This document shows, one piece after another, positions 8,064 through 16,440 of a stretch of 64,000 nt of DNA (position 1 is the stretch's first letter; every line of letters begins with the position of its first letter). This DNA is from a virus, in the IMG/VR virus record IMGVR_UViG_3300037504_000674, positions 1 to 64,000 of that record; one strand, 5' to 3'. The notes below the pieces were generated by a model. The model did no database searches, was not told the origin of the DNA, and worked only from the letters and a program-made list of their open reading frames with translations. The position numbers were made by a program, and so were the translations under genes.

Positions 8064-8519
8064 ATGAAACCGTATATAACCGCCAAGTCAGCCGTTCGCG
8101 GTAGCACCATCATCGACCAAGTTATAGCTATTGCTTCGAGAGCGAATTTTTTGATCGAGGTGGCCGCAGCGCTGAATTCTGGGACTCTAGGGGTAGATGA
8201 GATGCGCTGGATTTCCGTTGGTATGCACGCGATCGCCCTGAGAGCGGCTTACTTGCAGTCCATGCTAAATACAAGAGACGAATTCCTTGAATGTTACGGG
8301 GTATCTCTGCGGTGGTCCGATATACCAGAATGGGTGCAATTGGTTACCGTGGATCGCAACGGAACGGTTGTATATCACGAGGAGGTCACTGAGGTGCGCG
8401 ATGGTCCACATTGGTCTCGTGCAGGCCATCGTTCTTTCTCGCCGATGAAGCTGACCGGCAGGTTTTCCAATTGGAGGACATTAAGATTCGCCAGACAAGC
8501 CGAGGAGGGCGCGCAATGA
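8064..8519 (+). CDS. Hypothetical protein with C-terminal W-rich domain
   Basis: WSDIPEWVQLVTVDRNG...W...NWRTLRFAR. Confidence 0.65.
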   Translation: MKPYITAKSAVRGSTIIDQVIAIASRANFLIEVAAALNSGTLGVDEMRWISVGMHAIALRAAYLQSMLNTRDEFLECYGVSLRWSDIPEWVQLVTVDRNGTVVYHEEVTEVRDGPHWSRAGHRSFSPMKLTGRFSNWRTLRFARQAEEGAQ

Positions 8520-8920
8520 CATTCGATAACGAAGGCGCAACATTTACAATTCACATGCGTATAGGCGATGCCATTTGGTTAATGGAGGAGCTCGCAAGTG
8601 CAATTCGAGAAACCAGGACAGGTCGAGAGGTCACACTTGTGCTTTCGCCACCCAGAAGCAAGCACGATCAATGTGACAGTTACCAAGATGCGATTGACCA
8701 GGTGCTTCAGATTGATGCCAAGGCAAGCGACTGGGAGTTCACCTCACGATTGTTGATCGAGCTCGCCTCTTATATCGTAGATGTTGTCGAGGTGTCCGAC
8801 GAGCGACCAGGCAACCCGCGAGAGATAGCCGATGCTGTCGAGCGCATGTTGTACGCCATTGGTGCATACCCAGACTACTCATGGTTCGACGAAGATGAGC
8901 CGTGGTTTATGGAGGTGTGA
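8516..8920 (+). CDS. Acidic hypothetical protein
   Basis: ATGA coupling; GAGGAGG RBS. Confidence 0.55.
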   Translation: MTFDNEGATFTIHMRIGDAIWLMEELASAIRETRTGREVTLVLSPPRSKHDQCDSYQDAIDQVLQIDAKASDWEFTSRLLIELASYIVDVVEVSDERPGNPREIADAVERMLYAIGAYPDYSWFDEDEPWFMEV

Positions 8921-9513
8921 TCTTGGAAGATGTATCTAATATCGTTAGTGGAATTGAGCAAGGCGAGGAGGTTGTTCACACCAGCCTAACGTCACGTGAC
9001 GTGATCGAGCAAATCAAGTGCCAGTATCAGTATTACTCGTATGGAAATAAGGTGCTGGTTAAGGATACTGTGATTGTGTGTGATGACGGCGACCGGAATC
9101 ACAACTTCCAAACCGGCGACGTCGTTATGTTCGACGACGAAGTTGGTGTTGTGATAGACTATGACGGGTACAGCTATGCGGATGTGTACTCTTTCAGCGG
9201 CCTCGATATCGTGTGTATAGACTCTAACAATCTTGAGTTGTTCAGCGGCGGTATGCTGTTTATCGATGGGGGGGCTGTCGGCATGCTTACAGGAGCGCTA
9301 GTACATATTCGTGATGGCGATATTGGCTTGGCGATTGATAAGTGCATCGCCTTGCACAAGCGTCGCCTGGGGATCGAGCCGACCCACTTCTACGTACAAG
9401 ACCTAAGCGAGTACGAGGAAGCAGATTGCCTTGAGGCTAAGTCAAATGTTCTGGAAGGTCATGTATATTGCACAGGAGGATACGATGGGGAAATACCTGC
9501 AATTGAAAGGTGA
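8917..9513 (+). CDS. Hypothetical protein (possible SH3/KOW-like segment)
   Basis: FQTGDVVMF...GVVID; start uncertain. Confidence 0.5.
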   Translation: MILEDVSNIVSGIEQGEEVVHTSLTSRDVIEQIKCQYQYYSYGNKVLVKDTVIVCDDGDRNHNFQTGDVVMFDDEVGVVIDYDGYSYADVYSFSGLDIVCIDSNNLELFSGGMLFIDGGAVGMLTGALVHIRDGDIGLAIDKCIALHKRRLGIEPTHFYVQDLSEYEEADCLEAKSNVLEGHVYCTGGYDGEIPAIER

Positions 9514-9787
9514 CATGGTGATGGTTACGGAGTACCTGGACCTGATATACAAAATGGGAGAGTTCGAGGTCCGCTGGTCTGACTTGCCAGATTGGGCAAA
9601 CTATGTAACGATTGATTGGTATGGCCATATGGCAATAACAGAAAGAGAGCCTCACGCCGACTACATGATTTGGATCGCGGGAATAGGCAAGCATATGATC
9701 ATTCATAAATTCGGGCGCAAGTTTTCTGGATGGAAAGATTTGATTTTCGAGCGCCCTTGGAAGAAACTGGAGGGAAGCTGTGAATAA
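9485..9787 (+). CDS. W-rich domain protein, paralog of 8064-8519
   Basis: WSDLPDWANYVTIDWYG...W...GWKDLIFERP; AGGAGG RBS. Confidence 0.65.
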   Translation: MGKYLQLKGDMVMVTEYLDLIYKMGEFEVRWSDLPDWANYVTIDWYGHMAITEREPHADYMIWIAGIGKHMIIHKFGRKFSGWKDLIFERPWKKLEGSCE

Positions 9788-10004
9788 GCTAGGCGCTTAT
9801 TGGGGCTTCGCGTTGGGACTGGCGCTCTTTGTGTTAATCGGACTGTTACCGGTGGTGATCGCGCTTCAAGTAACCTTGTTTGTTATGGCGATATTCACTC
9901 GTCTTCCTCTGATAGTCGCGATCTCGCCAGCCGTAGTTTTTATGGCATCGACAGCCGTTACGCTGGTGGCGATGTATATCTTGACAGGAGGTGCCCATGA
10001 GTAA
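9780..10004 (+). CDS. Small two-TM membrane protein
   Basis: Almost entirely hydrophobic. Confidence 0.6.
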   Translation: MNKLGAYWGFALGLALFVLIGLLPVVIALQVTLFVMAIFTRLPLIVAISPAVVFMASTAVTLVAMYILTGGAHE

Positions 10005-10089
10005 GAAGGCAACCTTGCTGTTCTTGATCATGGTCGTTATTCTGTGTATTATCATCTTTGCATTCGCTAATTTGGGAGGTGCGTTGTGA
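9997..10089 (+). CDS. Single-helix membrane peptide (30 aa)
   Basis: AGGAGG RBS; MSKKATLLFLIMVVILCIIIFAFANLGGAL. Confidence 0.55.
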   Translation: MSKKATLLFLIMVVILCIIIFAFANLGGAL

Positions 10090-10841
10090 AAATCTTAGCT
10101 TTTGACCTCGAAACCGCTAAACCGGCAGGCGATGATTACCCAGGGATTACATGCGGGGCTGCCGTTGGGGTTCCGCGCATAGAGGCGGTTTTTACAGGAG
10201 ACGTGGGTGATGATGGCCGCTACGGTTTGGCTGACCCTGATGAAATCGTCGAGTGGCTTTACCGGGTATGGAAAGATGGCTATATGGTGTGGACATGGAA
10301 TGGTGTTGGGGCAGATTTCCGCTGGCTACATCAAGGATGCAGCGACTCCGTGAAGCCGTTGGTTGCCGAGTTAGCACTTGAGCATTTTGACCCAATGTTC
10401 CATATGCTGTGCAGCAAAGGGTATGTGAAGGGCCTGGATGACATAGCTAAAGGGTTGGGGCTCGCCGGTAAGACCGAGGGGATGGATGGTCTTCAAGCTG
10501 TGGAGATGTGGGGGCAAGGCAGAGGCGCACAGGAAAAAGTATTGGAGTACGTTCGGGAAGATGCTCTGCTTACCATGAATGTTGCCGGTCGTCACATGAT
10601 GTACAATGAGTTCGCATGGACCGCGCGCTCTGGCAAGCCGTACACATGGCAGACCGTGGTAATGTCTGTGCGAGAGTGTCTGACATACAACCTACCAGAT
10701 ACCGGATGGATGAGCCGTAGGCCATGGACTCGCCGGAAATTCGCCGGTTGGTTAGCGGACTATGTTTATGTTGACGAGTTTGTGGATTACGAAGAGGCAC
10801 TCTTAGAAAAGAAGTGGCCTAGAAAGGATGACGATGTCTAA
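10086..10841 (+). CDS. DEDD 3'-5' exonuclease (RNase H-like)
   Basis: FDLET, WNGVGAD, HFD, EYVRED. Confidence 0.8.
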   Translation: MKILAFDLETAKPAGDDYPGITCGAAVGVPRIEAVFTGDVGDDGRYGLADPDEIVEWLYRVWKDGYMVWTWNGVGADFRWLHQGCSDSVKPLVAELALEHFDPMFHMLCSKGYVKGLDDIAKGLGLAGKTEGMDGLQAVEMWGQGRGAQEKVLEYVREDALLTMNVAGRHMMYNEFAWTARSGKPYTWQTVVMSVRECLTYNLPDTGWMSRRPWTRRKFAGWLADYVYVDEFVDYEEALLEKKWPRKDDDV

Positions 10842-11589
10842 ATTACCACCTCCTCCGCAGCGCTGGCGCGGGTGGCTGGCGTTTATCGCAGCCGCCACAA
10901 CCGCAATTGGCGACTCGGTTTTCACGTTTTTAGGACTTGGGTTTATCAGCTTGCGAGTGTTCCCGCAAGATGTACGGGATGTCGTGGTGCTGATCGCTGC
11001 TATGCTAACGGCTTTTGGAAGCGGTGTGGGGACTATGTCCTCAGTAATTGAGGCCTACATCCGTAGTGATAGTGAGGGTCAGCTTACTAAGTCAGAGAGG
11101 GCATGGGTAGGCATATCTATTGCCACATCCATCGCCAACTTCGCCTTGGTATGGGCGAGCTTGCTAATCCGCGACGCCACCAGAAGTAATCATTTCGCAT
11201 GGGCCATTGGTATGGTGGTGGTCGGTATATTGCTGGCGGTCGATGGTTACGGCAACATGAGAACCGCCGGTATGTATCTGAAGGGGATGAAGAGCGATAT
11301 CATCCGCACCGCCAGGGCAGAGGGTGAGTATCTGCGAGTGATCGCAGACCAGGAGCGTGAGAAGATGCGGCTGAAGAAAGAGCTGCGTGATACCGCTGCG
11401 CTAACCGAGCAAGAACCGGACTTTGTTCATACTCAATTCGGCCCGATTGAGCGCAGCAAGTTAGAAAACATGGACAAGAAAGAGATGATTCTGTTTGCCC
11501 ATGGGGCTAATCCAAAAGCAAGCCGGGCGAGCATAGCTGAGTTTGCCGGTTCAACTCCGCAGTATGTATCGCAGGTACTAGGAGGGTAA
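10834..11589 (+). CDS. Four-TM membrane protein with coiled coil and C-terminal HTH (SpdB-like architecture)
   Basis: Four hydrophobic helices, charged helical stretch, SRASIAEFAGSTPQYVSQVL. Confidence 0.6.
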   Translation: MSKLPPPPQRWRGWLAFIAAATTAIGDSVFTFLGLGFISLRVFPQDVRDVVVLIAAMLTAFGSGVGTMSSVIEAYIRSDSEGQLTKSERAWVGISIATSIANFALVWASLLIRDATRSNHFAWAIGMVVVGILLAVDGYGNMRTAGMYLKGMKSDIIRTARAEGEYLRVIADQEREKMRLKKELRDTAALTEQEPDFVHTQFGPIERSKLENMDKKEMILFAHGANPKASRASIAEFAGSTPQYVSQVLGG

Positions 11590-11590
11590 T

Positions 11591-12037
11591 GTGATCAAAC
11601 ACATATTTAGACGAGTGGTGCATGTGCTTAGATGGATTCCCGTATTGTGGGAAGATTACGACTTCGACTTCTCTCACTTGTTCAAACTGATGGCTTTCAA
11701 GATGAACAGCATGGCAAGCTACTTCGAGAAACATGGGGTCGGCCACGCTGCGAAATCCAGTGCACTCGAAATGCGCAAGTCCGCAGCGCTCTTAGACAGA
11801 GCGTTAGGGTACAGATATACCGAGGACTTAGACAGCAGACTGGACGCCCTGCTGGGGCACGCAGAGCTCATCGTAGACGATTGTGGACTCGTGAGTATTG
11901 AGCGATGCTGCGACCCCAAAGAGATGGCGCCCTACTTCACGCTGAATTTTATCTACGTCAACCGCGCGCGTTCGCATGCCGACATATACAAAGCACTGTC
12001 AATCATAGCGTCAAATTACGAAGACTGGTGGGATTAG
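11591..12037 (+). CDS. Conserved phage hypothetical protein
   Basis: RWIPVLWEDYDFD...WWD family motif. Confidence 0.6.
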   Translation: MIKHIFRRVVHVLRWIPVLWEDYDFDFSHLFKLMAFKMNSMASYFEKHGVGHAAKSSALEMRKSAALLDRALGYRYTEDLDSRLDALLGHAELIVDDCGLVSIERCCDPKEMAPYFTLNFIYVNRARSHADIYKALSIIASNYEDWWD

Positions 12038-12040
12038 TGC

Positions 12041-12403
12041 ATGGTTCACTATCTATCACCTCAAGAGGAGAAGGATATCAAAAGGTCTATCCCCTGGCGA
12101 ACGATAGAGCCAGGCATCGTCGAGGTTGTCAGGCTGCTAAACACCATTGACGGTCTCGCAACTGTGCATTCTTGCGAGGGGCACGTAAGGCCCATTGACG
12201 GCGGGATATCCTCTGATAATGCGTTTATATGCGCCAGGATGTCGGAATCGGTGACCAATCGTGTTTTACTAGACGGCGTCTTTGCATGCGGGATTCGGGA
12301 TGCGAGCTTGCGGTTCTTTGAAGATGGGGTGTTCTGGGTATGCCTAGAAGTTTACCCAGCGAGTGTTGATAAATTGTATTGTCTGTATCGAGAATTGAGG
12401 TAA
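12041..12403 (+). CDS. Hypothetical protein with TYW3-like TxxSCxGH motif
   Basis: IEPGIVEVVRLLN...TVHSCEGH. Confidence 0.5.
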   Translation: MVHYLSPQEEKDIKRSIPWRTIEPGIVEVVRLLNTIDGLATVHSCEGHVRPIDGGISSDNAFICARMSESVTNRVLLDGVFACGIRDASLRFFEDGVFWVCLEVYPASVDKLYCLYRELR

Positions 12404-12954
12404 TGGCGATGAAACAGTCGATGTCTGTGCTGACATCATCGGAGACAAACGAGTGGTACACGCCGCCGCTTGTTATCAGGATGGTCAAAAATGTGTTCTG
12501 TGGTAACATTGATCTAGACCCGGCAAGCTGTGAGTACGCACAGCGATGGATTCAAGCGGACCAGTGGTTCGGAAAATCAGATGACGGGTTAAGCCAGGCA
12601 TGGCATGGGAACGTATTCCTAAATCCCCCATATGGAAAAACTGGTAACAAATCAAACCAAGATATTTGGGCACGTTATCTGCTAGGTGAGTACCGGCACG
12701 GTGACGTGCGGTCCGCTATATTACTCACCAAATGTGTGCCTGGGTATGTGTGGTGGGATAATATGTTCCACGACTGGCCTATTGCTGTATGTATTACTAG
12801 GGGTAGGATAAAGTTTGTTAGCCCGAGCGGCAGGGTGGGCCGGTCAAAATCAGCATCGTGCTTTTGGTACTTTGGCGATGACTTGCTCAGATTTGAAGAA
12901 GTGTTTTCGTCGATGGGAAGAATTGTACACCCATCGCGTGACATTAGTCACTAG
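12403..12954 (+). CDS. Phage N6-adenine DNA methyltransferase
   Basis: EWYTP, DLDPAS, DGL, NPPY, GRIKF. Confidence 0.9.
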   Translation: MAMKQSMSVLTSSETNEWYTPPLVIRMVKNVFCGNIDLDPASCEYAQRWIQADQWFGKSDDGLSQAWHGNVFLNPPYGKTGNKSNQDIWARYLLGEYRHGDVRSAILLTKCVPGYVWWDNMFHDWPIAVCITRGRIKFVSPSGRVGRSKSASCFWYFGDDLLRFEEVFSSMGRIVHPSRDISH

Positions 12955-12980
12955 GTCACCATGGCTGATTTTGCTATAAT
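12937..12980 (+). promoter_or_regulatory. Promoter with CRP-family box at about -42
   Basis: CGTGA-N6-TCACT (12937-12952), 22 nt, then TATAAT (12975-12980) with extended TG. Confidence 0.6.
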
Positions 12981-12999
12981 TATGATCAAGGAGGTACAC

Positions 13000-13275
13000 A
13001 TGCTACCAGATTGTACGATGATCAAAAAGCTGTACGAACAAGGTCTTTCGCAAGCAGAGATCGCCAAAGCGTATAGCGTGTCCAAGCAGGCAGTGAGTCA
13101 GGCTATGCGTAAGTGCGGCATCCGTGCGCGTGTTCCGCTGATGGGTGACCTGAAGAAGTTTCTCAGAGTTGTGCTGACTTATCATAACGTCAGCGGTGAT
13201 CACCTAGCAAAAGAAGCGAGTAGGCTAATGAAGAGAATTGAGGAGGAGGATCGTGAAAATTCAAGAGCTGGTTGA
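13000..13275 (+). CDS. HTH DNA-binding protein
   Basis: GLSQAEIAKAYSVSKQAVSQAM; AAGGAGG RBS. Confidence 0.8.
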   Translation: MLPDCTMIKKLYEQGLSQAEIAKAYSVSKQAVSQAMRKCGIRARVPLMGDLKKFLRVVLTYHNVSGDHLAKEASRLMKRIEEEDRENSRAG

Positions 13276-14272
13276 GAAAATAAGACGAGACAGCATTGAT
13301 AAGCACGATGCCACATTAAGCGTTGGTGACATCAATTATCATGGCGAGGGGTGTTTTGGATATTCACCAGAGCCAACACTGTTTAATCGTAGCCCGGAAC
13401 CGGCGCGGGTGACCACCAACGACTATGCGTATCGGCAATTAGTCGGGCGCGTAGATGGACCAAGCCCGCGTTGGCTAAGGGGGCCATGCCCGCCGTCGCT
13501 TGAGAATGAGGTTGTTTCCTCTATGATGGGTGTTCATTCAGATGACAAGCTGTTTATTCGCATGAGGGGCCAGCAGTGTCGGGCTGTGTTATCGTCTGAG
13601 TACACTCCGTTTGATAATAGTGAGTTCGTCAGCATAATTACTGAGTACATCCATCAAGAGGGCTTAGATGTCGATGTGAACAAAGCGATCGTTGGTGACC
13701 GCATGCGCGCTTACTTCATGCTTCCAGGTATCACATTTGACAATGGCGATCATGGCGAGTTGCACCCGGCTATCTATATACGCAACTCAGAGGTCGGTGA
13801 TGGTTCCGCCAGAATCACCGGAGGTCTCTACAGATCGGTATGTACCAATGGTATGATCTACGGATGGAAAAGGGAATCATCGGCAAAGATACAGCACCGT
13901 TGGTACAATCGTCAGATGGTGATTGCGCTAGTGTCAACGGCTATCGTAGAAGGGTTCCAAGCCTCCGAGGAGGCAGCGAAGAAATTCATCGCGTCTCAGT
14001 CAATCAACATCGAACCCAAGAGCATGGATGGTCTGTTAGAGCGATGGGCCAAGAAATACAACATAAGCCAAGAGAGCGCAGACGATTGGAGGGGCGCTTC
14101 AATTGGCAACGCCGGTGAATACGGCAGGCCCAATGAGGTTACATTGATGGATGTAATCAACGGCGCTACGTATGTGGCACAGCGCCAAGATGACCCCGAG
14201 CCATTCGAGAGGATGGCCGGCGCAATGCTAGAGGGTGTGTCAATTACTAGGGATGGGAGGGTATCATGGTGA
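13253..14272 (+). CDS. DUF932-like phage/plasmid protein
   Basis: LSSEY.PFDN, IRNSEVG, YRSVCTNGM, H motif. Confidence 0.75.
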   Translation: MKIQELVEKIRRDSIDKHDATLSVGDINYHGEGCFGYSPEPTLFNRSPEPARVTTNDYAYRQLVGRVDGPSPRWLRGPCPPSLENEVVSSMMGVHSDDKLFIRMRGQQCRAVLSSEYTPFDNSEFVSIITEYIHQEGLDVDVNKAIVGDRMRAYFMLPGITFDNGDHGELHPAIYIRNSEVGDGSARITGGLYRSVCTNGMIYGWKRESSAKIQHRWYNRQMVIALVSTAIVEGFQASEEAAKKFIASQSINIEPKSMDGLLERWAKKYNISQESADDWRGASIGNAGEYGRPNEVTLMDVINGATYVAQRQDDPEPFERMAGAMLEGVSITRDGRVSW

Positions 14273-14396
14273 CAATATACTACACCAGGCCAGGCAGAAG
14301 TATTGGCGTTTACTGCTTCATCGGATCGGTCACGCAAGCTATTGTCTCGTATGTCAAATCTGGGTTAGCCAATCCGATCAATCGGGTGGTATCATC

Positions 14397-14567
14397 ATGC
14401 TCGTAGAGATAGACGTGCCACAACAAACATCACGGGAACTACTTGATTTCCTGGATCGCTGGTGCCGCGAGCTAGACTGCCGCGACCGCGAGTTGTTTGA
14501 GCCGTTAGCAGATTTCCTAGAGCAGTTGGCATTGGAGGTAGAAGATGAATACGCAGATGTGTGGTGA
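14397..14567 (+). CDS. Small acidic hypothetical protein
   Basis: 3' part of ORF 14235-14567; overlaps the thyX start. Confidence 0.4.
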   Translation: MLVEIDVPQQTSRELLDFLDRWCRELDCRDRELFEPLADFLEQLALEVEDEYADVW

Positions 14568-15219
14568 TATTGAAGTTGTCAGGGTTGCAGGAACTGTGTC
14601 TCACGTTACACTCGACAATGAAGGTCTAATCGAGTATCTAGGCAGAGTTAGCACGAATACCTACCGAGATGCAGACTATGTCAGTAGCGAGGAGTTCATC
14701 GGGGAGCGAATTGCCGAGGGTCACTTGGGACTACTTGAGCACAACTACGTCACGTTCTTGGTGACCGGTATTAGCCGCACGGCAGCCAACCAGCTTGTTC
14801 GCCATCGCATTGCTTCATACGTTCAGCAGAGCCAGCGGTACACAGACCAAAGAGCTAACAACGTTGTCATGCCAGATTCTGTTGCCGATAACCAGCGTGC
14901 GCGCGAGGTGTTCATGTCGGTCATCAATTCCTCCAAAGACGCTTATGCGGCTCTGCGGGAGTTGGGTGTACCAAAAGAAGACGCCAGGATGGTCCTCCCC
15001 CTGGGCACCGAGACGAAGATCACTGTGACCATGAACCTGCGTACATACTTACACCTATTTGACTTACGTATATCGCCACACGCTCAGTGGGAAATAAGGC
15101 GCATGTGCCAGTTGATGTTGTTAGATTTGTGCGAGTATGCACCAAGTGTATTCGTAGACTACTTGAACGCCAATGCTGACCGGTACCCAGAGTTTTGGAA
15201 GGAGAGTGAAGATGTGTGA
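14545..15219 (+). CDS. thyX: Flavin-dependent thymidylate synthase
   Basis: RHRIASYVQQSQR signature, EDAR, AQWEIR. Confidence 0.95.
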   Translation: MNTQMCGDIEVVRVAGTVSHVTLDNEGLIEYLGRVSTNTYRDADYVSSEEFIGERIAEGHLGLLEHNYVTFLVTGISRTAANQLVRHRIASYVQQSQRYTDQRANNVVMPDSVADNQRAREVFMSVINSSKDAYAALRELGVPKEDARMVLPLGTETKITVTMNLRTYLHLFDLRISPHAQWEIRRMCQLMLLDLCEYAPSVFVDYLNANADRYPEFWKESEDV

Positions 15220-15433
15220 TCACAAAAACACCGAGATGATACGCGGTCTTCCTGGGGTCCTGATGTGCGCCAGCTGCGGAAAGCTGTTTGATGCCTATAG
15301 CCCGCAGAACTCAAATGGGCTGTTCGTCGCGATGGACGCACAGGAACTAAGCGAGGCCGTGATTGGCGCGCTGCGCCACCTGGTGCAAAGAAATCATGAG
15401 TGGTTGGCGCTAAGCATCGCCGATCTGTCTTAG
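15212..15433 (+). CDS. Small zinc-ribbon protein
   Basis: CxH...CASC; AAGGAG RBS. Confidence 0.5.
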   Translation: MCDHKNTEMIRGLPGVLMCASCGKLFDAYSPQNSNGLFVAMDAQELSEAVIGALRHLVQRNHEWLALSIADLS

Positions 15434-15445
15434 AGGGGGCTTACA

Positions 15446-15994
15446 GTGGAAGAGCTGATATTATGCGTGCCGGATAGCGAGCTTGACTGTTTCTGGGACG
15501 GCCAACTAATGCCAGGGCTGCACAAGGTGTTGTACGCAATTGCCGAAATGGATGGCAGGTTTCTCACTGAGGAGAAAGCGGAGTCTCTGAAATACGACAG
15601 GGAGGTAGTGGTTTATTGCGTTATCCGTGACAACGAAAGGGGGGTACTGAGATACCGCCGTCATGACGGCGACGACCGCCTGCGTAGCCTGTGGTCATTG
15701 GGGGTGGGCGGGCACGTGAACCTGAACGATGCCGACCAGGCGAGCGGCGTAATGGAAGATACCATGCAGATCGCCGCTGCTAGGGAGATAAACGAGGAGT
15801 TCAAAGTTGAAAATCTGGAGCTTGAGGTAATAGGCGTCATAAAATCAGACGCCAACCCCGTATGCAGAGATCACATAGGAGTTGTTTTCTTCGCTTACGC
15901 GGATATCATTGCGCCCAGGACAGAGAAAGACTTTGAGTTCTTCCAGCCAAAAAGGTACGAGGTGTGGTCTAAGATTATTTTGAACGAGCTTTGA
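15446..15994 (+). CDS. Nudix-family hydrolase (COG4112-like)
   Basis: SLGVGGHVN...AAAREINEE, H.GVV. Confidence 0.8.
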   Translation: MEELILCVPDSELDCFWDGQLMPGLHKVLYAIAEMDGRFLTEEKAESLKYDREVVVYCVIRDNERGVLRYRRHDGDDRLRSLWSLGVGGHVNLNDADQASGVMEDTMQIAAAREINEEFKVENLELEVIGVIKSDANPVCRDHIGVVFFAYADIIAPRTEKDFEFFQPKRYEVWSKIILNEL

Positions 15995-16006
15995 GACACA
16001 CGCAGA

Positions 16007-16030
16007 GGGGGCGCCTGATCAGGCGCCCCC
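16007..16030. terminator. Perfect 24-bp palindrome between convergent operons
   Basis: GGGGGCGCCTGATCAGGCGCCCCC; no U-tract. Confidence 0.6.
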
Positions 16031-16042
16031 AAGCTACGCCGC

Positions 16043-16429
16043 TTAACGGAGCACCAAATTACCCGAACTGTCGTAGGACCAAGTGGGAAAGGATGGGTAG
16101 CTAATTATGATTGTGTCTTTCTCTAATGTGGCCATTGGAATCTCGTGTTCTAGGCCGCACATCGTTAGGAAATCCAATTTCTTGGACACAGGTACACCCA
16201 GTCTCATCTCGCAGCAATCGTTGGACACTGTAATCGACACGTCTGAGCCCCGCGTATCAGCGTCACCCATTATATCAAGCACCCCCAAGTCACAATACCC
16301 AAGGAAGTCCAGTAGCTCCACAGCCGCCGCACGGCTAATGTAGTATTTATTCTCGTGAACCGTCACGTACATTCCTTCCCCAACTGGCTCTTCTGTCATC
16401 GGGCAAATCCATCGTCTTTCCTGCTTCAT
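16043..16429 (-). CDS. Hypothetical protein
   Basis: GGAGG RBS before ATG 16429. Confidence 0.55.
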   Translation of the reverse strand: MKQERRWICPMTEEPVGEGMYVTVHENKYYISRAAAVELLDFLGYCDLGVLDIMGDADTRGSDVSITVSNDCCEMRLGVPVSKKLDFLTMCGLEHEIPMATLEKDTIIISYPSFPTWSYDSSGNLVLR

Positions 16430-16440
16430 GTTTTCCTCCA

